Positions 27,928 through 37,001 of a stretch of DNA of 60,216 nt are shown here, piece by piece; within the stretch, counting starts at the first letter, position 1; every line of letters starts with the position of its first letter. The notes beneath the pieces were generated by a model that saw nothing but the letters and a program-made list of their open reading frames with translations, did not search any database and had not been told where the DNA came from. The position numbers were made by a program, and so were the translations under genes. Origin of the DNA: an uncultured Bacilli bacterium (lineage in GTDB: Bacteria; Bacillota_I; Bacilli_A; RF39; UBA660); assembly GCA_947624705.1 (NCBI GenBank), contig CANQLL010000001.1, forward strand, positions 1 through 60,216. Direction: 5' to 3'.

Positions 27928-28198
27928 AGATAATAAAAAACCTAAATTATTTGGTAATGTAACTCTTTTGATTATTAGTAGCATCCCTATAATTATATTT
28001 TTAGTAAGTGCGATTTATAATACCATTAGTGGTTGGTGCTTTATTGATTGTATGAGTAATGATGTTACGGGAATTAGTGCTTTTATTGGTTATATATTAA
28101 TAATGGGTGCAGTATTTAGTCCAATTCTATTTTTTTGCGGAGTAGGAGTAGTAATTAGTATTAAAAATATTTTAAAATTAAAAAAAGCAAAAAAATAA
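27917..28198 (+). CDS. Small membrane protein (93 aa, 2-3 TM)
   Basis: Hydrophobic ORF overlapping the rpe-fusion stop. No known motif. Confidence 0.45.
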   Translation: MKNKDNKKPKLFGNVTLLIISSIPIIIFLVSAIYNTISGWCFIDCMSNDVTGISAFIGYILIMGAVFSPILFFCGVGVVISIKNILKLKKAKK

Positions 28199-28240
28199 GA
28201 AAAAAATCTAAAAAATCTTAAAATAATAAAACTTTAATTT

Positions 28241-28618
28241 TTACATTTTAATAGAATGTTCTAGAGTCTTTTGATAAAGAATTTCATATTCACGCGTCTC
28301 AATTGCTTCATTACTTATGGCATTAAGAGTTGCTAAAGCAAATACTGCATATATTGCTAAGAAAAATATTTCCCCGCTACTAGGAACATTATTGAAATTA
28401 ATTTTACCAATATCATAAATACTGCCCAAAAATAATGCATGGACTAACAACCAACAAGATGTATGGGCATTATTTAAAGAAATATGATTTTTTAAAATTT
28501 CTAAATTTTCTTTTAGTCCCTCAATATCATTATTTTTAATTTGGACTTCAATCATAGTTTTCCAAGCCTTAATAGTATTATATTCGTTTATTCGTTTATC
28601 TTCCATATTTTTAAACAT
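28241..28618 (-). CDS. Hypothetical membrane protein (125 aa), intact copy of a duplicated gene
   Basis: ORF with a helical N-terminal part and two hydrophobic segments. Carries two units of the AAACGAAT repeat near codons 8-13. Confidence 0.55.
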   Translation of the reverse strand: MFKNMEDKRINEYNTIKAWKTMIEVQIKNNDIEGLKENLEILKNHISLNNAHTSCWLLVHALFLGSIYDIGKINFNNVPSSGEIFFLAIYAVFALATLNAISNEAIETREYEILYQKTLEHSIKM

Positions 28619-28751
28619 ATTGAATTCCTCTTTCTAATAAATATTATCTTAAAATAAAATAAAAAATAAATCAACAAAAAAACTGCGCTTAAGCAGCTTT
28701 TTTTATTTCACTCAGTTATATGAATAAAAATTAATCATAAAAGATTAATTT

Positions 28752-29121
28752 TTACATTTTAATAGAACGTTCAAGAGTCTTTTGATAAAGAATTTCATAT
28801 TCACGCGTCTCAATTGCTTCATTACTTATGGCATTAAGAGTTGCTAAAGCAAATACTGCATATATTGCTAAGAAAAATATTTCCCCGCTACTAGGAACAT
28901 TATTGAAATTAATTTTACCAATATCATAAATACTGCCCAAAAATAATGCATGGACTAACAACCAACAAGATGTATGGGCATTATTTAAAGAAATATGATT
29001 TTTTAAAATTTCTAAATTTTCTTTTAGTCCCTCAATATCATTATTTTTAATTTGGACTTCAATCATAGTTTTCCAAGCCTTAATAGTATTATATTCGTTT
29101 ATCTTCCATATTTTTAAACAT
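28752..29121 (-). pseudogene. Second copy of the 125-aa protein gene, N-terminally frameshifted (104-aa ORF 28752..29066 remains)
   Basis: Same sequence as 28241..28618 but with only one AAACGAAT unit. From the original ATG (29121) it reads MFKNMEDKRI then a stop. The track ORF restarts at an internal Met. Confidence 0.6.
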
Positions 29122-29185
29122 ATTGAATTCCTCTTTCTAATAAATATTATCTTAAAATAAAAAATAATTCAATAAAAAACTGCAA

Positions 29186-29344
29186 TTAAGCAGCTTTTTT
29201 CATTTCTCTTGCTGATATTCTAACACTTTTACCATTTATTTTTGTTTTTTGTAAATTTGGTTTTTGTTGCATTTTTGTTGCATTTAAAGCATGAGATCTT
29301 TTATTGCCAGTTAAAGGTTTTTTGGCAGTTGCTTTTTTTGCCAT
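29186..29344 (-). CDS. rpmB: 50S ribosomal protein L28
   Basis: Hand translation gives MAKKATAKKPLTGNKRSHALNATKMQQKPNLQKTKINGKSVRISAREMKKAA (52 aa), with the L28 signature G-N-x-x-S-H-A-x-N-x-T-K...PNLQ. GGAGG SD, and TTGACT-17-TAAAGT promoter upstream. Too short for the ORF track. Confidence 0.9.
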   Translation of the reverse strand: MAKKATAKKPLTGNKRSHALNATKMQQKPNLQKTKINGKSVRISAREMKKAA

Positions 29345-29440
29345 AGTTATACCTCCTTTTTTGTTAATTAATTACTTTAAGACTTTATCATAAATATTAA
29401 AATAAGTCAATTTATGATACAATATTTTATGTGATATTTT

Positions 29441-30148
29441 ATGAATTTAAGAAAAAATAAATGGTTAAAAAAAGATTATCAAGAATTAACTAGCTATTTA
29501 CAAACATTAAAAGATGAAAAATTTTTAGAATTTACGCAAAAAATTGTTTCTTCACATTATATAATGATAGGTATTAAAATTCCATTATTAAGAAAAATGG
29601 CTAAAGAAATTGCCAAAGGTGACATTCAATCTTTTTTAACAATTTTAGAAAATAAATATTACGAAGAAATAATGTTAAAAGGTTTTGTAATTGCTTATAT
29701 TACCGATTTAAGTTTATTAAAAGAAGAAATTCGGGAATTTATTTTTTTAATTGATAATTGGGCAATATGTGATTCTTTTGGTAATAGTTTAAAAATAATT
29801 AATCAAAATAAAAAAGAATTTTTTAAATTTATAAAACCTTTACTAAAAAGTAAAGAAGAATATATTGTCCGTTTTAGTATTGTCCTTTTAATATATTATT
29901 ATGTTGAAGAAAAATATTTAAAAGAGATATTTAATATTTGTTTAAATAATAACAATAATAAATACTATGTTAATATGGCTTTAGCTTGGTTATTATGTGA
30001 ATGTTTTATTAAATATCCTGATGAAACTAAAGAATTTTTAAAAAATAATAAAATTAATGATTTTGTTTTAAAAAAAACAATAAGTAAAATTAATGATTCG
30101 TATCAAGTTAAAAAAGAAAATAAATTAAAATTGGCAGATTTTGTTTAA
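29441..30148 (+). CDS. DNA alkylation repair protein (AlkD-like HEAT-repeat family)
   Basis: 235 aa. The N-terminal pattern (KDYQELTSYLQTLKDEKFLEFTQKIV...IKIPLLRKMAKEI) and all-helical repeats match the DNA_alkylation family. Confidence 0.7.
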   Translation: MNLRKNKWLKKDYQELTSYLQTLKDEKFLEFTQKIVSSHYIMIGIKIPLLRKMAKEIAKGDIQSFLTILENKYYEEIMLKGFVIAYITDLSLLKEEIREFIFLIDNWAICDSFGNSLKIINQNKKEFFKFIKPLLKSKEEYIVRFSIVLLIYYYVEEKYLKEIFNICLNNNNNKYYVNMALAWLLCECFIKYPDETKEFLKNNKINDFVLKKTISKINDSYQVKKENKLKLADFV

Positions 30149-30219
30149 ATATGGCGGAGTTTGTTTGCTATATTTAGTTTAGTTTGGTAAAATGGTATTG
30201 ACGATATAGAGGTGGTAAA

Positions 30220-30429
30220 ATGGATAATAAGAAAATCAAAACAATTTTACAAGAAGTATATACATCTTTAGAAAAAGGAAATTATGATCCAGTTAGTCAA
30301 ATAGTAGGTTATTTAAATAGCGGCGATCCGGGTTATGTTTCGAGTTATCAAGGAGCAAGAGAAAAAATTATTTCTTTAAATCGTTACGCTATTATTGAAA
30401 TTATGTTAAAGGAATTTTTACAAAAATAG
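30220..30429 (+). CDS. IreB/UPF0297 family regulatory phosphoprotein (YrzL-like)
   Basis: 69 aa with the family core GNYDPVSQIVGYLNSGDPGYVSS. Sits immediately upstream of ruvX, as in Bacillus. Confidence 0.85.
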   Translation: MDNKKIKTILQEVYTSLEKGNYDPVSQIVGYLNSGDPGYVSSYQGAREKIISLNRYAIIEIMLKEFLQK

Positions 30430-30851
30430 TGCGTTATCTAGGTTTAGATTTAGGAACTAAAACAGTCGGTGTTGCTTTAAGCGACAAAACTAATACTATT
30501 GCTTCAATCTTAAAAGTTATTCGCTATACGGAAGATAAATATAACCAAATGTTAGAAGAAATAAAGAAGATTGTAAAAGAGTATCAAATAATAAAAATTG
30601 TTTTAGGACTTCCTAAAAATATGGATAATTCTTTAGGCTTTGCCGCCGAAAGAAGTTTAAAGTTTAAAGAAGAATTTGCTAAAATTAGTAATGTACCTAT
30701 TGTTCTATTTGACGAACGTTTAACAACCATTCAAGCTGAAAATATCTTAATTACTGCTGATGTTAGTCGAAATAAAAGAAAAAAAGTTATTGATGGAATT
30801 GCTGCTGTCATAATATTAGAATCTTATATGAAGAAAGAGAAGGGAATTTAA
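30429..30851 (+). CDS. ruvX: Putative pre-16S rRNA nuclease / Holliday junction resolvase-like YqgF
   Basis: LGLDLGTKTVGVALSD N-terminus, VLGLPKNMDNS and DERLTT blocks. Non-ATG start. Confidence 0.9.
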   Translation: MRYLGLDLGTKTVGVALSDKTNTIASILKVIRYTEDKYNQMLEEIKKIVKEYQIIKIVLGLPKNMDNSLGFAAERSLKFKEEFAKISNVPIVLFDERLTTIQAENILITADVSRNKRKKVIDGIAAVIILESYMKKEKGI

Positions 30852-30852
30852 A

Positions 30853-31152
30853 ATGAAAGAAGAAAGTAAACCAAATAATGTTTTAACTTTAGTTAATGAA
30901 AAAGGAGAAGAAGTAACTTGTGATGTTTTATTCACTTTTGATAATGATAAAAATAAACAAAGTTATATCGTTTATACTGATAATACTACTGATGAAGATG
31001 GTAGTACAAAAGTTTATGCCAGTATCTATGACCCAAGTGGAAAAGATAATACTTTAAAACCAATTGAAAGTGAAGAAGAATGGGCTTTAATTGAAAATAT
31101 TTTATCTTCAATTCAAGAAAAAGTAGATGCTGAAGAAAGTGAAAATAACTAA
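30853..31152 (+). CDS. DUF1292 family protein (YrzB-like)
   Basis: 99 aa, acidic. Shows the pattern DEKGEE..CDVLFTF...YIVY...EEEWALIE typical of DUF1292, in the conserved position after ruvX. Confidence 0.8.
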   Translation: MKEESKPNNVLTLVNEKGEEVTCDVLFTFDNDKNKQSYIVYTDNTTDEDGSTKVYASIYDPSGKDNTLKPIESEEEWALIENILSSIQEKVDAEESENN

Positions 31153-32216
31153 TGAAGAAAATAATTATTGCCATAGTATGTTGTATTTTAGCTATAATTA
31201 TTTTTCTTGTTAGTCTTTACTTTTATTTTTTAACCCCAGTTAATAAAAATGATCATAAAAATATTTCTTTTGTAGTGAAACAAGGACAAAGTGAAAAAAT
31301 AATTATTAATAATTTAAAAAAAGAAAATTTAATTAAAAATAAAGAAAGTGCATATATTTTTAACCTTTTAAATCCTGATTATACTTTTAAAGTAGGAACA
31401 TTTACATTACAAAAGAGCATGAGTTTAAAAGAAATATTTAATACTTTAGATAGTGGTAAAACTAAAGAACAAGAAGGAATAAATATTACTTTTAAAGAGG
31501 GAAAAAGATATATTGATTATGTTAAATTAGCTTGTGAAACTTTTTCTTTAAAAGAAGAAGATTTTGCTAATTTAATGCAAGATGAAGATTATTTACAATC
31601 TTTGATTGATAAATATTGGTTTTTAACAGAAGATATTTTAAATAAGGATTTATATTATCCCTTAGAAGGTTATTTATTTCCTGATACATATAATTTCTTA
31701 AAAGATGTTAAAGCCCAGGATATTATTGAAGATATGTTAGATAATATGGAATTAAAATTAAAAGATTATCAAAAAGAAATACAAAAAAGTGATTTTAAGA
31801 TATCTGAAATTATGACTTTAGCTTCGATTGTGGAGTTAGAGGGCAAAGATGGTAGTGATCGCCAAGGTATCGCAGGCGTGTTTTTAAATCGGATTAATTT
31901 AGGAATGAGTTTAGGTAGTGATGTTACTACTTATTATGGGGCTAACAAGACTTTTAAAGATGATTTAAGTGTGGAAGAAATAAGTGAATGCAATGCTTAT
32001 AATACGCGTAGTACTTGTTTAAAAGGTTTACCAGCTGGACCAGTATCAATGCCGGGAATTGAGGCTATAAAGGCTGCAATTGAACCAGAAGATAACGATT
32101 ATCTCTTCTTTGTTTCTGATAAAAGTGGTAAAATATATTTTAGCAAAACCAATGCGGAACATGAAAAACAAGTAGCAACATTAAAACAAAATGATAACTG
32201 GTATGTTTATGAATAA
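31152..32216 (+). CDS. mltG: Endolytic murein transglycosylase MltG (YceG family)
   Basis: N-terminal TM, LASIVELEG, GVFLNRI and YNTR..GLPAGPV blocks. Confidence 0.92.
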   Translation: MKKIIIAIVCCILAIIIFLVSLYFYFLTPVNKNDHKNISFVVKQGQSEKIIINNLKKENLIKNKESAYIFNLLNPDYTFKVGTFTLQKSMSLKEIFNTLDSGKTKEQEGINITFKEGKRYIDYVKLACETFSLKEEDFANLMQDEDYLQSLIDKYWFLTEDILNKDLYYPLEGYLFPDTYNFLKDVKAQDIIEDMLDNMELKLKDYQKEIQKSDFKISEIMTLASIVELEGKDGSDRQGIAGVFLNRINLGMSLGSDVTTYYGANKTFKDDLSVEEISECNAYNTRSTCLKGLPAGPVSMPGIEAIKAAIEPEDNDYLFFVSDKSGKIYFSKTNAEHEKQVATLKQNDNWYVYE

Positions 32217-32236
32217 ATATACTATTAATAGAAAGA

Positions 32237-32842
32237 GTGAGTTTTATGAAACAATTTATCGAAGAAATGGAAGAGTATGCAAGAAGTAAAAATGTGCCAA
32301 TTATTGAAAAAGAATCTATAACTTTTATCATGAAATATATTAAACTTAATAATGTTAAAAACATTTTAGAAATAGGTTCAGCTATCGGTTATTCGGCTAT
32401 TTTAATGGCTAGTGTAGCTGAAGATGTCAAAGTAACAACAATTGAAAAAGATGAAAGTCGTTATATGGAATGTTTAAAAAATGTTAAAAAGTGTGGAATG
32501 GATAAAAAAATTAATGTCGTTTATCAAGATGCTTTAGAAGTAAATTTAATGGATCAAATTGAATATGATTTAATCTTTATTGATGCTGCTAAAGGTCAAT
32601 ATACTAAATATTTTGAAAAGTTTAAATATTTCTTAGCTCCTAAAGGTATAATAATTACTGATAATTTAAAATTTCATGGATATGTTGGTAGTAAAAAACC
32701 AATTGAAAGTAAGAATTTACGGGGAATTGTTAATAAAATTGAAAAATATATTATGTTTTTAAAAGAAAATGAAGAATTTGATACGAAATTTTATGATGTA
32801 GGCGATGGCCTTTCAGTTAGTGTAAAAAAAGAAACTCGCTAG
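32237..32842 (+). CDS. Class I SAM-dependent O-methyltransferase (YrrM/TrmR-like)
   Basis: O-methyltransferase family 3 pattern (ILEIGSAIGYSAI, IFIDAAKGQY). Its position after mltG and before the U32 pair matches Bacillus yrrM. Confidence 0.8.
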   Translation: MSFMKQFIEEMEEYARSKNVPIIEKESITFIMKYIKLNNVKNILEIGSAIGYSAILMASVAEDVKVTTIEKDESRYMECLKNVKKCGMDKKINVVYQDALEVNLMDQIEYDLIFIDAAKGQYTKYFEKFKYFLAPKGIIITDNLKFHGYVGSKKPIESKNLRGIVNKIEKYIMFLKENEEFDTKFYDVGDGLSVSVKKETR

Positions 32843-32857
32843 ATTAGCGAGTTTTTC
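32832..32857 (+). terminator. Rho-independent terminator overlapping the methyltransferase stop codon
   Basis: AAACTCGCT (32833-32841) pairs with AGCGAGTTT (32847-32855), followed by T's. Confidence 0.7.
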
Positions 32858-33060
32858 CATTGATTTTTTCTTCATAACGACGTCCTACTGATAAAATTAA
32901 TTCATCTAAATGGTCAATATCACGATTAAAAAATTGTTTGTAAAAGTCAATATGAAAATGTACAAAAAGTGGAAAATAGTTTAATATATTTACAAGCATA
33001 GCTAACATTTACTTTACATATAAAATTATGATAAGATTAATTTAATTAGGAGGCAAAACA

Positions 33061-34443
33061 ATGGATGTTAAAGAGATAATTAAGATTTGTGAAGGAAAAT
33101 TATTGGGTGGAAATGAAAATGTTTTTTGTCAAACATTTACAAAAGATACTAGAGAGTTAAAAGAAAAAGATACTTATATTGGGATTAAAGGTTTAAATTT
33201 TGATGGTAATTCTTTTTATGAAGAAGCTTTTAATAAAGGAGCAAATTGTGTTATCCTAGAGCAAGAATATGTTAAAAATCATAACATTAAAATAAGTGAT
33301 AAACCTATTATCGTGGTCGAAAATGCTTTATTAGCTTTAAAAAAAATGGCAGAGTATAAACGAAATAATTCTTCAGCTAAATTTGTCGGAATTACTGGTA
33401 GTGTTGGAAAAACCTCTACTAAAGATATGATTTATAGTGTTTTAAAAGAAGAATTTAAAGCTTTAAAAACGGAAGGTAATTTAAATAATAATATTGGTTT
33501 ACCTCTAACTTTATTAAGATTAACAGATGAACAAGCCGCCGTTATTGAAATGGGAATGAACCATTTAGGTGAAATTGATTATTTAACGAAAATAGCTCGT
33601 CCTAATATTAGTGTTATTACTAATATTGGGACGGCTCATATTGGCGAAGTTGGTTCTAGAGAAAATATTTTAAAAGCTAAATTAGAAATTTTAAACGGCA
33701 TGGATCAAGAGGGTATTTTAGTTATAAATAATGATAATGATTTATTACATCAATACTATGAAAATAGTGATAAAGCTAAAATAGTAACTATTGGTATTGA
33801 CCAAAAAAGTGATTTTATGGCTACGGATTTAAACTTAGAAAAAGAATATTCTACTTTTAAAATTAATTATCAAAATGAAAGTTATGATGTTTATTGTCCG
33901 ACACCCGGTCGAGTTTTTGTCTATAATAGTTTAATTGCATTTGCTGTTGGAAGTTTATTAAACATTCCTAAAACTAAAATAATAGCGGGGATTAAAAATT
34001 TTGAATTAACGAAAAATCGCTTAGATTATTTAAAAATAGATGATAATATAACATTAATAAATGATGCTTATAATGCCTCAGTTGATTCCATGAAATCTTC
34101 TTTAGAAGTTTTAAGTAAGTATCCAAATCGCAAAATTGCGGTCTTGGGAGATATGTTAGAATTAGGAAATTATACCCAAAAGTTACATGAAGAAGTAGGG
34201 AAATATGTTGTTTCTAATCAGATAGATATCTTAATAACTGTGGGTAAAAATGCCGAGTATATTGCCAAGAAAGCTACTCATTTAGGGATGCCTCAAGAAA
34301 AAATTTATTCTTGCTTGACAAATGAAGAAGCTACTTCTAAAATAAAAGAAATTTTAAAAGCAAATGATGTTGTTTTATTTAAAGCTTCTAATGGAATGAA
34401 ATTAAATGAAATTATTAAAAATTTAACCAAAAGTATTGAATAG
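33061..34443 (+). CDS. murF: UDP-N-acetylmuramoyl-tripeptide--D-alanyl-D-alanine ligase
   Basis: Mur ligase P-loop GITGSVGKTSTK, the NNNIGLPLTLL block and DAYNAS in the C-domain. Confidence 0.93.
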   Translation: MDVKEIIKICEGKLLGGNENVFCQTFTKDTRELKEKDTYIGIKGLNFDGNSFYEEAFNKGANCVILEQEYVKNHNIKISDKPIIVVENALLALKKMAEYKRNNSSAKFVGITGSVGKTSTKDMIYSVLKEEFKALKTEGNLNNNIGLPLTLLRLTDEQAAVIEMGMNHLGEIDYLTKIARPNISVITNIGTAHIGEVGSRENILKAKLEILNGMDQEGILVINNDNDLLHQYYENSDKAKIVTIGIDQKSDFMATDLNLEKEYSTFKINYQNESYDVYCPTPGRVFVYNSLIAFAVGSLLNIPKTKIIAGIKNFELTKNRLDYLKIDDNITLINDAYNASVDSMKSSLEVLSKYPNRKIAVLGDMLELGNYTQKLHEEVGKYVVSNQIDILITVGKNAEYIAKKATHLGMPQEKIYSCLTNEEATSKIKEILKANDVVLFKASNGMKLNEIIKNLTKSIE

Positions 34444-34482
34444 AGAACAAATGTATGCTAAGATTGTTTTAAAGGTGATTAG

Positions 34483-35283
34483 ATGAAAGATAAAATTTTA
34501 GTCAATATTAAAAGTGTAGAAGAAATAAATCAATATCAAAAAGCTAATCTTAATAATTTTTTAATTCCTTTAGCTAATTTTTGTGTGGGTTATGATACAT
34601 TAACTTTAAAAGAGATTTTAACTTTAAAAACACCTTTTTATCTTTTAATAAATCGGCTTTTAACTAAAGATGATTTAGACCAATTAAGTGATATTTTAAA
34701 CCAAATTAAACCTTTTATTAAGGGGATATTTTTAGAAGATTTAGGAGTTTTAGAAGTTATTGATAAATTAAATTTACCAGTGGAAAAAATATATTTTGCT
34801 AATCATTTTGGGACAAATTATGCTTCGATTAATGCCTTTTTAAAAAGAGGTTTTGATAGTATGGTGGTATCTAATGAAATAACCAAAGAGGAAATAAAAG
34901 AAATTTTAGCTAAAGTAGATAAAGAAGTAATATTACAAGTATATGGTTATAATCAAATAATGTATTCACGTCGTACTTTAATTACTAATTATAATCAAGA
35001 ATATGATTTTAATTTAGCTTTAGATAATACAATTGAAGAAAATATAACTAAGAAAAAATTAAAAATTAAAGAAAATCCTTATGGCACAGTTATTTTTGAT
35101 GAAAATATTTATAATAATCTTGAATTGTTAGAATTTAAAGAAAATGTTAAGTTTTATTATATTAATACAACTGATTTAAAAGTTGAAGATGTTTTAAAAG
35201 CCATAGAAAATAAAACAGATGCTAAAAGTAGTCGTTTTTTAAATAAAAAAACGATATATAAAATAGGTGATATCGATGAATAA
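34483..35283 (+). CDS. Peptidase U32 family protein, divergent (YrrN-like)
   Basis: 266 aa with weak U32-like N-terminal barrel pattern. Adjacent to and overlapping a canonical U32 gene, as in the Bacillus yrrN-yrrO pair. Confidence 0.5.
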   Translation: MKDKILVNIKSVEEINQYQKANLNNFLIPLANFCVGYDTLTLKEILTLKTPFYLLINRLLTKDDLDQLSDILNQIKPFIKGIFLEDLGVLEVIDKLNLPVEKIYFANHFGTNYASINAFLKRGFDSMVVSNEITKEEIKEILAKVDKEVILQVYGYNQIMYSRRTLITNYNQEYDFNLALDNTIEENITKKKLKIKENPYGTVIFDENIYNNLELLEFKENVKFYYINTTDLKVEDVLKAIENKTDAKSSRFLNKKTIYKIGDIDE

Positions 35284-36475
35284 AGTAGAGTTACTTGCTC
35301 CTGCTGGGGATTTAGAAAGATTAAAATTTGCTTTTTTGTATGGAGCTGATGCGGTCTATATTGGGGGAAAGGAATATAGTTTAAGAGCTAATGCCAAAAA
35401 TTTTACCTTAGAAGAAATCCAAGAAGGCGTTGAATATGCTCATAAACTTCACAAAAAAGTCTATGTTACCGTCAATATTGTTTTTCATAATGAAGATTTA
35501 AAAGGCTTAAAAGAATATTTAAAAAAGTTAGCTAAGATAAAAGTTGATGCTATAATTGTTAGTGATTTAGTGGTTATTGATATAATTCAAAAAGAAAAAA
35601 TAAATTTAGAAGTTCATTTATCCACTCAAGCTAGTACGTTAAATGCTAGTAGTGCTAAATTTTATTTAAAACAAAATGTTAAAAGACTAGTTTTAGCTCG
35701 GGAAGCCTCACGTGAAGATATCATTGATATTAAAGAAAAAACACAAGCTGATTTAGAAGTGTTTATTCATGGAGCCATGTGCACAAGTTTTTCGGGAAAA
35801 TGTGTATTATCGAATTGTTTTACCAATCGCGATGCTAATCGTGGGGGTTGTGCCCAGATTTGTCGGTGGATATTTGCTATTGAAAAGGGAACAAAACCTT
35901 TTTCCATTATGCCTAAGGATTTAAATATGGTTAAATATATCGAAGATATGATAAATATTGGCGTGAATTCTTTTAAAATTGAGGGAAGAATGCGTTCGAT
36001 TTATTATGTTTCTACTATTCTTTATGTTTATCGGCAAATAATTGATAAAATCATGAATAATACTTTAACTGCTGCATATGTTAGATATTATCAAGATATT
36101 TTAAATCGCTGTGCTAATCGGGAATCCACTCCGCAATTTTATGATAAATTGCCAACTAATAAAGAGCAATATTTCTTAGATCGCGAAGAAAAATCTAATC
36201 AAGATTTTATTGGTTTAGTTTTAGATTATGATGCTAAAACTAAACTCGCTACTATTGAACAAAGAAATTATTTTAAAGTAGGCGATGAGCTGGAATTATT
36301 TGGCCCAAATAAAGAACCAATTCCGATTAAAGTACATAAAATATTTGATGAAAATATGGAAGAAATTGAAGTCGCTCGTCACCCACAAATGCTGGTAAAA
36401 TTGGAAGTTGACGGCGATGTGTGTCAAAATGACATTGTCCGGTTGAAAGTATTTGACATTTCTTCCTATTTGTAG
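35276..36475 (+). CDS. Peptidase U32 family protein (YrrO-like)
   Basis: MNKVELLAPAGDLERLKFAFLYGADAVYIGG N-terminus and the E-x-F-x-H-G-A-x-C block (LEVFIHGAMC). Start chosen at 35276, which has an AGGTGA SD 5 nt upstream; the track start is GTG 35267. Confidence 0.85.
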   Translation: MNKVELLAPAGDLERLKFAFLYGADAVYIGGKEYSLRANAKNFTLEEIQEGVEYAHKLHKKVYVTVNIVFHNEDLKGLKEYLKKLAKIKVDAIIVSDLVVIDIIQKEKINLEVHLSTQASTLNASSAKFYLKQNVKRLVLAREASREDIIDIKEKTQADLEVFIHGAMCTSFSGKCVLSNCFTNRDANRGGCAQICRWIFAIEKGTKPFSIMPKDLNMVKYIEDMINIGVNSFKIEGRMRSIYYVSTILYVYRQIIDKIMNNTLTAAYVRYYQDILNRCANRESTPQFYDKLPTNKEQYFLDREEKSNQDFIGLVLDYDAKTKLATIEQRNYFKVGDELELFGPNKEPIPIKVHKIFDENMEEIEVARHPQMLVKLEVDGDVCQNDIVRLKVFDISSYL

Positions 36476-36503
36476 TAAACTTATGCAAGAAATTTCGAGG
36501 TGA

Positions 36504-36980
36504 ATGAAAATGACTCAAAAACAAGAAATCCTTTTAACTGCAGAAGGATATTTAGAGTTAGAAACGGAGTTAAATGATTTAAAAATAAATAAAAGACCGG
36601 AGGTTATTAAGGCTTTAAAAGAAGCAAGAGCTTTAGGCGATTTATCGGAAAATGCCGATTATGATGCGGCCCGGGATGAGCAAGCAAAATTAGAAGGTCG
36701 CATTAAAGAACTTGAATTTAAATTGGAAAATGCCAAGATAATTTCAGGTAATGACAAAAATATTGTTAATGTAGGTTCAACAGTGACCATTAGCTATATA
36801 GATGATGGGGAAAAAGAAGAATATAAAATTGTTGGTTCTTTAGAAGCTGATCCATTTAACAATAAAATATCTAATGAATCACCAATCGGAGCTGCTGTTA
36901 TTGGGAAAAAAGTAAATGAATTGGTAACAGTGGAAACACCAAATGGTTCATTTGATATTAAAATTGAAGCAATTGCTTAA
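36504..36980 (+). CDS. greA: Transcription elongation factor GreA
   Basis: LT.EGY..L..EL..L coiled-coil N-domain, ARALGDLSENADYDAA and the SNESPIGAA.IGK C-domain. The start may be the second ATG at 36510. Confidence 0.95.
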   Translation: MKMTQKQEILLTAEGYLELETELNDLKINKRPEVIKALKEARALGDLSENADYDAARDEQAKLEGRIKELEFKLENAKIISGNDKNIVNVGSTVTISYIDDGEKEEYKIVGSLEADPFNNKISNESPIGAAVIGKKVNELVTVETPNGSFDIKIEAIA

Positions 36981-37001
36981 AAACATGGGGTAATTGAGAA
37001 A

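Larger units (their letters stand above)
28232..29215. repeat. Tandem direct duplication, period 511 bp (copy 1 ~28232-28712, copy 2 ~28743-29215)
   Basis: The two copies are near-identical when read side by side. Differences are two SNPs near the 3' end of the ORF, an 8-bp indel and some changes at the distal end. Each copy ends in a fragment resembling the 3' end and terminator of rpmB. Confidence 0.9.

Noticed and set aside
32844-32999. 52-codon minus-strand ORF (MLVNILNYFPLFVHFHIDFYKQFFNRDIDHLDELILSVGRRYEEKINGKTR) between the methyltransferase gene and murF.
   Set aside because: No recognisable SD and no family motif, and its 3' end is formed by the terminator of the opposite gene. Kept only as a remote small-protein possibility.
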